A stretch of DNA of 64,000 nt, taken from Paraspadella gotoi. Lineage: Eukaryota > Animalia > Chaetognatha. The notes under the pieces are model-generated. The model was given only the letters and a program-made list of their open reading frames with translations, was not told the origin of the DNA and did not search any database. Position numbers and translations under genes: made by a program. Of the stretch, positions 1 to 12,600 are shown one piece after another. Positions within the stretch are counted from its first letter, which is position 1. Each line of letters begins with the position of its first letter. The stretch covers positions 18,268,992 to 18,332,991 of the forward strand of contig CM119267.1 of assembly GCA_051294375.1 (NCBI GenBank). Direction: 5' to 3'.

Positions 1-981
1 TAGATAGGCGCTGTCGGGCGAAAAGTTGATGCAATAAACGCGAGCGGTGTCGGCTCCGCGACGAAGCTCGATCGATTGAGTTCCCGTCTTGGAGTCGAAG
101 ACGCGAATGAGAGTTCCCTTGACGGAGGCCGTCGCTACCATGGTGCCCTGACGATTGACGGCCAAATAGGCCAGGTCGCTTTGGTGAGCCTTGGGCGAAA
201 AAGAAAATGGGAAGTTAAAACACTTAATTTGATTAACTTAGGACAAGGGAAATCAATGAAACGCAATCAGACCTGAATCGATGTCGGACTGCTCGAGCAG
301 CCAGCCGAGATTGTGTTGAGATCGACGACGTGGACATTTCCCGGTCGACTCCCAGGGAAGACGACGACGTTTCGATCGGCGGTGGATGAGGCGGCGGCGA
401 CGGCGACGAGTCCGCCGGGGTTGTCCTTGGTCTCGTAGCTGAACAACTTTTTCGGGTCGTTGGGGAAGGAGAAGACGTGGATGCGATGGCGCAGCACGGC
501 GATGAGGCGGTCTTTCTGCGAGGGATGAAATGTTGGTATCAAGATTTATGAATAAGTGTAACGGCTAGAAATTGAAGTAAAATACATAAACGTCAAGCTG
601 AGCAATATTTACTGCAATATGCACTAAAATGCTCATCCAATTCGCTTTTCAAATCTTCGACCACACCTGCAACCTGACCGCCAAGACCGGCTGCGGAAAG
701 GTGAACTCTAGCACGAAGGCTTTTTTCTTGTCGTCCCAGATGAGAATGGCGTTGTCGGCAAACTTGGGTCGGCTGCCACCGGCGACGACGGCGACCAGAT
801 TAGAGCGACCCAGCATCTCGCAGATGGCGACGGAGCCGACGACGGCTTGGCGGAGGTGCATCTTCTTCGCCAGGGGGTGGACGTTGAAGATTTTGACGCC
901 CTCGTCCGAGGAACAGGCGAAGAGACCGTGGTCTTGATTCAAGGAGAGCGAAGCTACGGAGCGGTCTTCGCCGTAAGACAT
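1..981 (-). CDS. WDR45: WD repeat protein WDR45/WIPI4 (autophagy PROPPIN), 3'-partial, spliced
   Basis: Exons about 981-667, 517-273 and 190-1 give SLNQDHGLFAC..EMLGRSNLVAVVAGGSRPKF..FTFPQPVLAVR..VFSFPNDPKKLFSYETKDNP..GTLIRVFD..ELRRGADTARVYCINF, matching recalled WIPI4 motifs. Confidence 0.9.
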
Positions 982-1096
982 GGCGAAAGGATATTGAGGG
1001 TTGCGAAGCAGGAGAGTAAAGAAGGAAAGAGAGAGAACTAGAAGAGCGACTTAACAATTCTTCGGTAAGGAGTCTTTAATCCTCGAGTTTCACCCC

Positions 1097-1600
1097 TCAG
1101 TACAACTTGTCCCATTCGTCGTAGTACGTGTTGTACTTGCGATGATCGTAATTGCCGTAGTTGATCTCGTCACGAAACGGAACCGTGTCCCTAAAATCTT
1201 TGACTCTCTTGGGCATAAGGTTTGCCCGCTGGGCCTTCTTGACCAACTGCTCGATGCGCTTCTGGTGGGGAGGCTTCAGTCCCGTCGTCTCGGGAGGGAG
1301 AACGGTGTAGTCCGAGTTGACGAACTGGCGCAGGATCAGCACGTCGGTGTGGGAAAGAAAACGGAAGAAGTCGTTGTCCTCCAGCAGAGAGCGACGGGTC
1401 CCGTCCGCGTCCTGGATGCAGACGAAGCGACCGTGCGGAATGTCGCGTCGAACGCCCTCGACCACCGTGGAGGATCCTTCGATAGTCTCGATGATGTCTT
1501 TCAAAGGACGGATGGCAGAGACGGAGAACGGAGCGACGATGCGAGGAGAGACGATGGGGCGGGCGAGGAGAAAGAGAGACGAGCGAAAGGGAGTCAACAT
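1097..1600 (-). CDS. MRPS18A: Mitochondrial ribosomal protein S18A/mL66-like, single exon
   Basis: Basic N-terminal presequence and S18 core HTDVLILRQFVNSDYTVLPPETTGL..HQKRIEQLVKKAQRANLMP. Confidence 0.8.
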   Translation of the reverse strand: MLTPFRSSLFLLARPIVSPRIVAPFSVSAIRPLKDIIETIEGSSTVVEGVRRDIPHGRFVCIQDADGTRRSLLEDNDFFRFLSHTDVLILRQFVNSDYTVLPPETTGLKPPHQKRIEQLVKKAQRANLMPKRVKDFRDTVPFRDEINYGNYDHRKYNTYYDEWDKLY

Positions 1601-1731
1601 TTTCGAGAGACGATTCGATTGGGAATCGTCGGAAATCCCTTCGCAACGGATGGCGAGGGATCAATACTACAATCTGATAAAAAAAAAGTTTAAGGAGCGA
1701 ATTGTTTAAAAAATTATCAGCATTGATGTCA

Positions 1732-2267
1732 TCATATGATCAAGCAACCAGGAATATAAAAGAAAGACTTATGTTGAAAACTCGCATAAATCTGTTTTAC
1801 ACAAAGGATTGTGAATGGGCCATTTCGATAGTTAATTTACTTCGGGAAAATTTAAATGGAAAACATTCATTACATCCAATACATTTCGATACTGAGCAGC
1901 GACGAAAGCTACAGAGCTTTTCGGACAATATTTTACGGATCTCATGGCGTAAACACGCTTAATCCGCTGACGTAAATTTGAAAGAAATTCGGATTCTCGC
2001 GACCCCTATAGGGAATCCGGGGAAATTCAATCTCGCTTCCTAAAACCAATCATAACAAAAGGCACTGAGCAATCAAAACTGATCAGATTCAAACGCGACT
2101 TTGGCGAAATTGATACAACTAATATATAAATTATCTATTCTTTTAATAAATAAGCGGCTTCCCCTTTTGGTATGGTAAACACCAGTTTTGTTACGTCGCG
2201 TTGTACGAAGTTTTCCGCAAATGAAATTTAATTGCGGCGGCGTCAACACCATCGCCGCTCCACTCAT
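1732..2267 (-). CDS. Possible small orphan spliced gene (~130 aa)
   Basis: ATG at 2267 and an open segment of ~68 codons after a TTTTAG acceptor at ~2040, plus a second acceptor at 1792. The first donor is weak and no homology was recognised. Confidence 0.25.
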
Positions 2268-2484
2268 AACATTTATTTTGCTTTATCCGATTTATTTTGA
2301 CAAAGATGTTGTTTATTCTTTGATGAAATAAGTAAATTTAATTCTGTGTTTCCTGTATTACAATTTCTATAATCTGATACTAACAATATTCTTTAAATAA
2401 ATTAAGTAAAAATATATAAAACAAAACACTTTTTATTATCAACACAAAAAAGAACAATTCAATAACGCAAAAGGATTTCAAAAA

Positions 2485-3702
2485 TCACGAACTGACGCGG
2501 TCCTCTACTCCAACCGCCACTCCGCTCGCCGGACTTCCCAGGCCCTCGCTTCCCCTTTCCCGCGCCAAAGTCTCGAGAGTCAAAGAAAGGAGTCGCTGGT
2601 GATGAAGCAAAATTCCTGAGGTAACGGCGGAGGTGCCGCTCAAGATCGTCGACAACTGACCGCGTTGAAGATCCACGTTCTCCAGTTCAGAGTAGGCTAT
2701 AAAGCTGGTGCGCGTCATCAAATGGTTCTCGACCACGCCCCCTGCCGACAAAGAGGACGACGATGATATTTAAACTGACGACGACAAAAGAGGAAATAAA
2801 AGGACTCACCCAGCAGAGTAAGTTTGGGAACGATGCGGCCAAGTCGGATCATCTCCTTAACGGCGGTCATCTCTTCGATCGGCGGCGGAGGGACGTATCT
2901 GGCAGATAAGATCGAAACGGGTCATTCGTCGATCGAAACGACGACGACGACGAAGCGGAACATCAAATGTCTCACCCTTTGGGCATTCCTTTCGAAATTG
3001 GTTCGTAAATATGACACAGAAGCACGTTTTCGTTGAGAATGGGAACGAGGTTTTCAAATTTGGTGCCCACGACGGCGCGCCGAATATCTGGATTGGTTAG
3101 GATTTGGCTTCAAATTTTTGGGTGATAACTGGAGAGGAAGCGTGATATACATAAAACGACTTGCATTCTGCTTTCCAATCCTGAAGCATAAGTCCGGACT
3201 TTCTGAACGACTGCTGTAACCCGGCCCACTCGACCCTATCTTCCGGCTTCGTGCAATAGTAAAAGGCGTAGACCTCTTGTCGAGCCATGGTGCCAGTGAT
3301 CAGCCATATCATGTAGTCATTGAATTCACGTAAATGCTAAAAGATAATTAATAATATTAATAGTTGATTTCTGTGAAACCAATGACTTTCTTCAGTCCTC
3401 ACTCTCCCTACTTTAAGTTTACAAACCTTTTGATAGGGAGACTCGGCCCACATCGTAGTCTGGTGCTCGATTTCTTTGGGGTAAACTGGAGCGGTCATGG
3501 CCCGAAGCAAGCGCTTCTCGAACCCATCCATTAAAGGCCGTTTCCGCATTCTACTGCTTCGCCAACAGACAGGCGAGCAATGAAAGTTTCGTACGATGGA
3601 AAGGAGCAAGTTGCAGGAGGGATAGGGAAAGTCGGTCACGCCGCGTCGCGACAAAAGTTTAACCGGCGGAGCGAAAGAGTTCATGACAACGCGAGGAAAC
3701 AT
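2485..3702 (-). CDS. MRPL10: Mitochondrial ribosomal protein L10 (uL10m), spliced
   Basis: FEKRLLRAMTAPVYPK near the N-terminus; C-terminal LLGGVVENHLMTRTSFIAYSELENVDLQRGQLSTIL..LLHHQRLLSLTLE resembles recalled MRPL10. Confidence 0.8.
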
Positions 3703-3881
3703 CGCGTTTTTCAATTCAAATTATAACTTTGTAATTGAAAAATAAATGTCATATAAATCGTTGGACTAGAGTAAGAAAAACTAACAACGGCTGCATGGTG
3801 CAGAGAACATAGAAATTAAACCTAGAAGGAATCTACTGGGACTCAACCCCCCTCCCCAATCCACTCGACAGATCGAAGCCC

Positions 3882-6307
3882 TCAGCGCATCCATTCGACA
3901 ACGTCGCACGACATGGGTTCGCAGACGACGAGGACTTGGGCGATTTCGTCGTGTTCGTAGGTTCGTTTGAGGAAAGCGTCAATGAGGCGGAGACCGGAGA
4001 TGGCGTGGAGTCCGGGCACGCGGGGAATCACGTTCAACTCGAGGGGGAGCGAGGATTTGGAGGAGAGTTTGCCGAACTGACGGTTGGAAATTCCCGTCCA
4101 AACCAGAGCCGGGGAAGTTGTGTTTGGGGTGGTCACGGCTGGAAAATTCCAAATGTAAATATTCATTTTCAATTTGAAACTTTTACAAATGAATCGCTGA
4201 ATGTACTATGGTCGTCGGAGGTGGCGGGTGGCGAAGGAGAACCATGTCCGCGGTTCACCCTCTCGTTCTGCAAAGCCATCGTCAAATCCATCGTCCGCTC
4301 TGAGCAATTGGTCACCGTCAGCCGGATTGTGAAAACCACGCCCATGTAGACGAGATCGGGGACGGCGTCGACTGTCACCCGTATGTCTCCGTAGCCTTCC
4401 GAATTTTAATGAAACTCATTAACAAGACTGTGGCAGGCAAAACTAAATCAACATCAACCAACCCGGCGCCATTCTTTGTAGCTGAGACGTTTGCAGCCTT
4501 CCCTTCTCTCCCATGTTCGTTCGCCATACTATATCTAGTTTCCCGATGTTGGTCACACCTCGCAGCATGTTGTCCCGCAACATTGCCTTCAATCAATCAT
4601 TTACCATAATAAAATTTCATTTTTAAATTGGTCTGAAGAATATTCTTTTCCATCCAGGTTATGTACCTTTTTCGGTGTCAGGCAATACAAATACTGCCTC
4701 GTGTCGAGATGGTTCATATTGTTTCTTTTGCCGAAAGTTTTCTCCGCCTTAGAGTCGGCCTCGACCGAATTGAGTTCGACGGCATCGTAGAGGGTCGACG
4801 CCTCCAGCGTCACCTTCTCCATGTGGATGGGCTGCAACGTCGTGTTTTGAATCTGCGTTGCAAACGTCAAGAACGAACTTAGGTTCCAGGACCACAACAA
4901 TCTTAAAACCGCGCATTGCGCGAAAGCCCAACTTGCCTGCGCCTCTAGGTAGACGTCGTCGGAGTCAGCGTTGTAGAATTTCGTCTTGACGTCGAGTGGC
5001 TTGAGGACTTGGAACTTGAAAAACTTTCGAAAGTAGAGGTTCTCACCAGAGGGACTAGAGTAAGAGACGGCGCAGACGAGGATGTGAGTGCCGAGTTCCT
5101 TCACCTGGAAAAAGCGAGAAAAGGGGAATTGGATATTTGAATGATGTATGAACATTGAACAATTTCGTAAATGGAAAGGTACGAGTACTTTTCCTATTCC
5201 TCACCTCGTGATTTATAACGTCGTCGATACTTTTACTGGGCGCCAGCGTTAAAGCGGAGCTGTTGGAGTTTATTCCGTTCAATGTTAAGCGTTGAGAACT
5301 CGTCTGTAACTCCACCTTGACAATGAACATGAAAATGTGAGATCAAAATTTGATATCAAACCATGCGCAGTTACGCACAAATACTTTTTACGGAGCTTAG
5401 CAGGCTTACCTTGACGATCACATTGGAGACTTGTACACTGGAGTCGTTGTGAACGCTTATGTAACTAGAAAATGTTTCGCCTAAAAATATGTTTCCAAAG
5501 TTTTGGGGAAGAACGAGGAGAGATCCGAGAGCCAATGGGACGCCGAGCGGGTTGCTGCCAATGTCCTTTTTCATGAGGTCGAGAAAAGTGTCTCCTAAAG
5601 AAGAATTATAATTAAAAATATATTAAATTTAATGTTAGACTTTGTATTATTTATTTCAATTCGTTGCGTTTGATTTAGGAACGAAATAATAAGAACAAAT
5701 AATAACAACTTAATATACGAGTATATTTTCACAATAAACATGATCATTTACTAATGTAAAATAATAATATTAAACCTTTAAGGTAATAGAATAAAAATTT
5801 ATCAAAGCTTAATCAGAATACGACAATATGCAAATGAGATTGAGGAACTCAATCTCATTTCAGACAATTCACAAATTAATCTGCTACATAATCTCGTTGG
5901 TTCATTTCTGTATTCTCATTTCTTCTGGTATATGCGATGACGTTAAAACAAATACTAACAACCTGATTTGCGCTGATGAAGGCTAGCAATTAGTCGAAAC
6001 TTGGCCGTTTTCACGTAAAAACATCATTTTCGATGTTGTTAACCATTAAAATGTTATTATTTCGTCTCAATTTCATGTTACAAGTAGATTATAGACAGTT
6101 TAAATATTTGCAACACCAATTTAACACATAATGTTATAAGTAAAATTATATAAGTTTTACGTATTAAAATCTTACAAACTTACCTGGTAAATCCTGGGGT
6201 TCAGTAAGAACAGGAATGATCGGAAAGAACGAAGGTCTTGTCAACCGCATGACTTTAAGAACCAAAAGTTGGTCTTTGTCTCTAGCTGGGGCTGATCCGC
6301 TTTCCAT
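3882..6307 (-). CDS. TRAPPC13: Trafficking protein particle complex subunit 13, spliced
   Basis: [96 protein letters not shown]; contains GC-AG intron 4853-4936. Confidence 0.95.
5968..6030 (+). ncRNA. Degenerate minimal type I hammerhead-like motif (Penelope pLTR-type remnant?) in a TRAPPC13 intron
   Basis: CTGATGA-a-GGCTAgcaatTAGTC-GAAAC-ttggcc-GT. Core and stem II are intact; the cleavage-site/stem I junction is non-canonical. Confidence 0.4.
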
Positions 6308-6689
6308 ACTGAAATATTTTTTTGTTTATTAACTTTATTTGTTTGTACGTAATTTGTTCACGAAATCATCTAAAAAAAAATGATAAGAAATAAAAATCAG
6401 ACGTTTATTTGTTTCAATGACTATGGACAAAATTATCAACGTCAAAATATTAATATTAATGCAGATGAACGGAATGTAATTTCAAATTTCCCCCCCCCCT
6501 TCCCCCAAAATCGGTGCAATTCCTGATATAACACGGCTAAAACTACCGAGATGGCTATCACAGCGGTACATTGTGTAATATAATAAAAACAAAATAAAAA
6601 GGCACAAGTAGATTACAATTTTGATTGGAACGACGTAGAGGTAAAGTACGGACTCTTGGAGAAAAACAACATTCTACTCCGGCTTTGAG

Positions 6690-9600
6690 TCAAACCGGAA
6701 GATGAGTCTGAGCGGCGCGGAGTTGATCGATCGATTTGCGCAAGAGGTCGTCCTCGTCATCTCCACCCTCGTCCATTCCCATTTTCATTTCGTCGTCGAT
6801 GGTGAGTTCGTCCACCTGTCGAGTTCACAAAAATCAAACGAATGCGATGGAGAGAAAAGAAAAGAAATGATGGGCCGACCTCAAAGTCGTCCTCGTACGC
6901 TTCGTCGTCTCTGTCTTCAATGTCATCCCCTGCGTTGTCGCCTTCAGTCACCAAAATGTTGTACTCGTCCATCGCGAATCTCTCCCATTCAGTCAACTCC
7001 CTTCCGTCAGGTCCGAGAGACTGAAAGTAGATAAAAAAACCCGTTGTTTGTAATCAAATAAAATTTGTTTTCTCTGAACACAATATCAAGTATAATATTT
7101 TAAACAAGTTATTTAGAATAACACACGTTCTTCAGAGAATTTTTACATTTCACCCTAAAGTCGCACGCACGAAAACTCTGCCACCTCACGATCGAACAAG
7201 ATAAAGCGAGATAAGGAAACTCGACCTTCGAACAAAATGTTCCGAAGAGAAAACCAACCGTGTTCCTCAGTCTCAAAACGAAAATTACGCCGCGATGGAA
7301 ACCTTCCCAAACCGTCATCCGACGAAAGGATTCGCGGTTCAGCGTCAAAATTCGCGCGACCCTGCCGCGGCAAATGAAAATGCGCAGCGATGGAGCGATA
7401 GGACATCTAAATCGCACGAGATTCCGTTGCAGCCCGGGTAAGGAAGACCCGACTATACATACTATACTATATACTATACAACCAAAACGTAACAGACATA
7501 AGCCGTAACGATAAACTTTTCTCAGACCCGACCATCATGCTCACCAACCGGAGCCATCACCAACAGCGTTGCCCTCGTCCCGTGAGGACATTCTTCATTC
7601 CTACGGAGACCGGCCTCATGAGAGATCGACGTTCGGTACTCGCCCGTTGGTCGACCTCACAACCAGAGCTCAGGACGAACGCGCCCAATTTATCTACGAG
7701 GAGAAAAACAAACTGGCACAGGGCGCCTTCTTCAAGGGTTTGGTGATAATTTTTTTATGCTTTTATCTCGCAATTTCAGATTGCTTTCTGTTTCTCTCAG
7801 GCTCAACTCTCCTCAGAGGATCGACAGTGAGTAACGTGTTCCGCTTCGCCACTCTCCGCGGTGGCGATCGCGGCGTCGACGACAAAATCGGAGTCGAGGA
7901 TCCCAACGAGTCGCGCGACGTTTGCCTCGTCGTCGCCGTGGTCGTATTCGCCGTCGCGGTCGTCGCGCTCCTCGCCGTCGTCGCCGTGGGCGTCGTCGTC
8001 GGAGTTTTGAAACAGAATGAGTTGGCGACGACGACAGAGTCGACGATGAGAGAGTTGGTGACGGAGGTGAGAGCGTTGAGACGACGGGCAGAGAGTCGAC
8101 GGGACGACGACTGGATCGCCAAATCGAAATTCGGACGAGAGGAGAAACTGGAGGAGACGATGGCGAGATTGTCGGAAGCCGTTGAGAGTTTGGAGAGTTC
8201 CATGAAAAGCGAAAAGGCGGAGAGAATCGAAACGGAAGGGAGAGCGAGTAAAAAGGTGGCAATGAGGAAAAAAGGAAGGAGGCAAAGATCGGCCACGATA
8301 ATGGAAGAAGAGTCAATAGAGGAAGAGGAGACAACAGATGAAGTTGAAGATGAAGCTATCTCTAGGGGAGATATAACGATTGATGAGACCGTGGCTGAAC
8401 AAGAGACGACTGAAGAGACCACGGCTGAACAGAAGACAGACAGAATGGAAACGAAGACGACAAAAGAAAATTTTGCAAACATAACCTTTAACTTTACCCA
8501 ATTCGAAAGCGAGTTCTTCCCTCAAATTTTGGAATATCTTCACGACATTAACGAGACTCTCGGAGAATGGAGGCAACAAAAAAAGAACAAGTATCGAAGG
8601 GTATTTGTCTCCAAAATCAACGAAAATTTTACAACTCCCATACAAAAATGTAACGCTTCGAAAACTACTAACAATATATACAGATCGTCAAGTCGAAAAA
8701 TACATAAAATTCGATTGCCGACGATAATCACACATGCGAGGTATTATTGTGAAGACTTTTATCCGCTTTTGAATGACGACTCGGCTCTGGCATTTTTCAA
8801 AGATCCGCTTGACAACTCCATAGCATGCTACGTCGCTGCCAACAAACTACCTTACGGGATTACACATTCTGAGGCGAAAAATTTTTGTTACAAATTTGGC
8901 GGGTTTTTAATCCAAGTTCAGTGGACGGAAAAAGCTAATTTTTTGAGAGACCTGCTCAGGTTATATTTTAGTTACAAAATATAATGATATTAACGGTTAA
9001 ATTCAAAACGAATTCACATGTAGGTTCGCTTCCGTAAATAACGGTTACTGGCTTGGCATGACGAAGAGAAACGACTGGATGTGGACGAATTCCTCGACGC
9101 GACTCAACTACTCCAACTGGAACACGAATTACGCCGCGAACCCCAACCACCTTTGCGCATCTGTATCGATTAACAAAACTGACGAAACGACCGGATGGCG
9201 CACAAGTGACTGCGCCGCGCTCAGACGACCGATTTGCCAATTTGAAAGATACGGATACTCGAACAGATATCCCATAATCAACAAGGTCAACCGTGCGGAT
9301 TTTTACGAATCCCAAGTCAATTGCGAGTCGTCAAATTCGAAATGTTTCCGCTTCTTTAGAACTCAGCGTAGTTTTTCCACGGCTGAGCGAATCTGTCGTC
9401 AGCGCAGATTGATTTTGGCTAAACGAACCGATTTGAGCAACACGATCCTCCTTTCTATCTTGAAATCTATTCCAATTCTTAGCCTTGAACATTTCGATAG
9501 ATTGGTAAGTTCAGGGGTGACGGTGTTTTTAAAAAACGCCACCAAAGAGAAACTTTCCGCTTAATTCAGGAGCCTTGGTGGCTAGGACCAGGGACAAGCG

Positions 9601-12600
9601 AATCCGACCATTCGTCCCCGTCTGCATCAAGAACAACGTGCGAGGCGGCACATTTTGTCAGGGACGCTACGCCCTCAGAAGGTGAAGAAGAGAGAGAAAC
9701 TAATCTGAGCGGACTCAGGATTCGCGTTCAAGAGGAAAACTGCGAAAAGCAAATGTGGTTTCTGTGCACGAAAGAGTTGAATAAATGAAAAAAAAAAGAA
9801 GAAAAACTGAAAATTGATTAAAATTATCATAAGATTTTAATGGATAATACGTTTATAATGATCATTAATTATCAATAAATTAATCAAACCTTTTGCGCAG
9901 CTACAGCGAAAGGGTCCCTTTGTTCATGCTCCAAATACTTTTCCAAGTCGAAAAAAGTGTCGAAAAAGATATGAACGAGATGGATTTTTGCCTTGAGATC
10001 GGAGAGGGTGATAAAGTTGTCGTCCCTCGGGTGAATAAGATCCAGCATTTGACAGAGAAGATCCTCGAAGGGCAACGGTTCGATGCACATCGACTCCAGT
10101 CTGTTACAAAATAAAACACGAAATTAAATTTCATTATTTTTGGTGTTTTCTGATCCGTTTTTTGTTCACCTCCGAAGCTGTTCCTCGTAAAAGTACTCTA
10201 GTTCGTACATCGAGAGGCACCCGTCGCCGTCGAGGTCCATGCAACGGAACCAATACTCGATCGCCTTGTTGCTCCTTTTATCCTCCGAGGAGAGGAGAAA
10301 CCAAATGAATTCCTATATACGACGACGCAGAATTAAAAACAAGATAAACTTTCGAATTAAAATTTCATAATAAAGGCCGACCTGGTAAGTCATGACTCCC
10401 GTCTTGGAAGGATTGGAGCGGTTTACGGCGGCGGAGAACACCCGGTCTATCATTCGATCAGAGATGGCGTGGTCGTTGTAGCCGGCCAGCTCGGCCTTGC
10501 TGATCTTGAGGTCGTGATCACGATCAAGCTCCCAAAATTTGCAGTAGATGACGTAAAAGTGTTCGTAGGAAAAAAAATCGGTGACGAGGTTGATGTCGTC
10601 CGAGTCTTCAAGGCGGCGAACGGCGTCGAGGAGGGAGGCTCTGAAGTCAGTGATTAATGTTGGGGAGATAAATGAGTTGACAAGAGCCAAAATCCCCGCA
10701 TCCCCCGCCACAGAGGCCTCAATCGCGATAACTGACCTTTTATGGACTTTGAGATCGTGCCGCAATTCTTGCAGCGTAACGCGTCCGGACCAAGAAGAGT
10801 TTACCGAATAAAATATCCGCGAAATGACTGTCGCCACATACCTATGTAAGAGCGGGGCTGTTTATGAATTGGATATTGTTATTACTTCTTCATATTATTG
10901 AATCTACAGTGATGGCGCTCGCTCCGCCTTTCTAATTTCCTTAATATTCATTAACAGAGCTAAATAACTAAAAACAAATAGAAACAATTTATCTGTAATA
11001 ATATAATTATTATTTACATAAGACAATGCTTCAACACTTGATACATTGAGCTCGAACTTCAAAAATCTCTCTAACATTAGAGTGCATCCCTTAATACAAG
11101 CTGACCATTAATTTCGCCTTTGAATTAATAATGAACTATTTTTGAGTTATGAAAAGGTCAGCCAAATTAGAGTTAAACTCGCAATCATCAATGTGATAAT
11201 TATTCTATCAAAATATCACAAAATCATCTATGAATCAAACTACTAAACAATATAGAAAAGCATAATAAAATTCAAAATTTGTGGTTCCANNNNNNNNNNA
11301 AAAAGCCGGGAGACTAAGCGCAAAGGCGCAAACAGAAGAAGTGATTCTGTCTCGTGTCGGCGTACTGAGGTAGCGTACGGGAGGGGGTAGAGAAGGCGGG
11401 GAAGAGGAGGTTTCCTCTTCGTTTTTCTCTCGGGAGATGTCGCGTTTGCAGAGCAGATGCTCACTTTGTTGGTGGGGAAGAACTACATGATAGAATTATA
11501 CGTCAGAGATGATACGAACTTTCGATCAAAGATTTCCATAAAAAAAAAAACAAAAAAACGAACGGTCCTTCTAATATATTGCACCGCAATGACTTTCTTT
11601 TTAAGTGTATTTTTGAATGATCACATGACTACATAATTAGGAAAAATATGTGTAACAAACGTCCAAAGGTAGATGACGAGACGACATCTCACCTAGGAAT
11701 GAAACCGGGCGTATCGTGAAGGAACTGGAGACCAGGATGAGATTCGACGACATCTTGCGCCAAAAAGGCGAAGTCCTCCTCTGTCAAATAATCGCGAGAG
11801 GACTTCATGAAAAAGGATGAGTCGCCAGATCCGCCAACGTCGTCGCCCTTTAAGTTGACGGGGGGAAGAAAGGGCGTATCAAAGATAAGTGAAAATAGAT
11901 TGAAAAGATTACATGGAGAATTGGAGATAATACAATAAATACCTGCAGCAAGAACAAAAACTGAGCCGCCTCGTCGTCGACCCCGCAATGATCCCACAAA
12001 CGGTTCCAAGTCGTCGTCAAACTACCCAAAGTCACAAAGGGGTTGCGATATCCACCGCAGGCTCGGAAAAGCCCCGATTTCCAGTAGAGCGGAAGTTGAA
12101 GGCACTTGGTGATCTCGCCTAATTTTGTGTTAAAAAGAAAAAAGATAAGAGAAGATCCCACAAAGGATCCGTAAGCCACCTTTTTATCACCGAAATGCTG
12201 CCGATTCGCCACTCGATTTTCCAGGGTCTTGAAAATCTCAGCGGCTTTGGTCAACAAGCTCCGCTTCTGCTGCAGCTGCGGCCCCGACGTCGGTTCTCCG
12301 CGAGGGAAATAGAACCGGGGCACCTTGGGTGCGAGACGGTTGACGTTGTTGTTGTTGTTTTCTCGCTTCGGCGTGAAGTCTCCGCCGGCAGAGGGCGTGA
12401 CTTCCGAGTCCAGCCTCAAATCGGCGATGGTGACATCGGCGGGGGGAGGAGCGGCGACTTTAGAGGATTTGGCAGTCGACTTTTTCGTCGGTTTCTTAGT
12501 TAAGGTCTGAGATTCTTCGACGACGACGACAACCTCGGGCACATCGTTGACATCTTCATCGAAGAGAGTTCGAGGTTCGAGCGTGGACGGCAATTTGGCG

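Noticed and set aside
1142-1709. Plus-strand ORFs over MRPS18A (and similar ORFs over other exons)
   Set aside because: Shadow frames of GC-rich coding exons with no recognisable motifs
6757-6996. Separate small acidic gene
   Set aside because: It is the conserved C-terminal exon of PPP2R3, joined across the nested gene
7763-8482. Long hydrophobic, Ser-rich minus-strand ORFs
   Set aside because: Antisense shadows of the acidic plus-strand lectin gene
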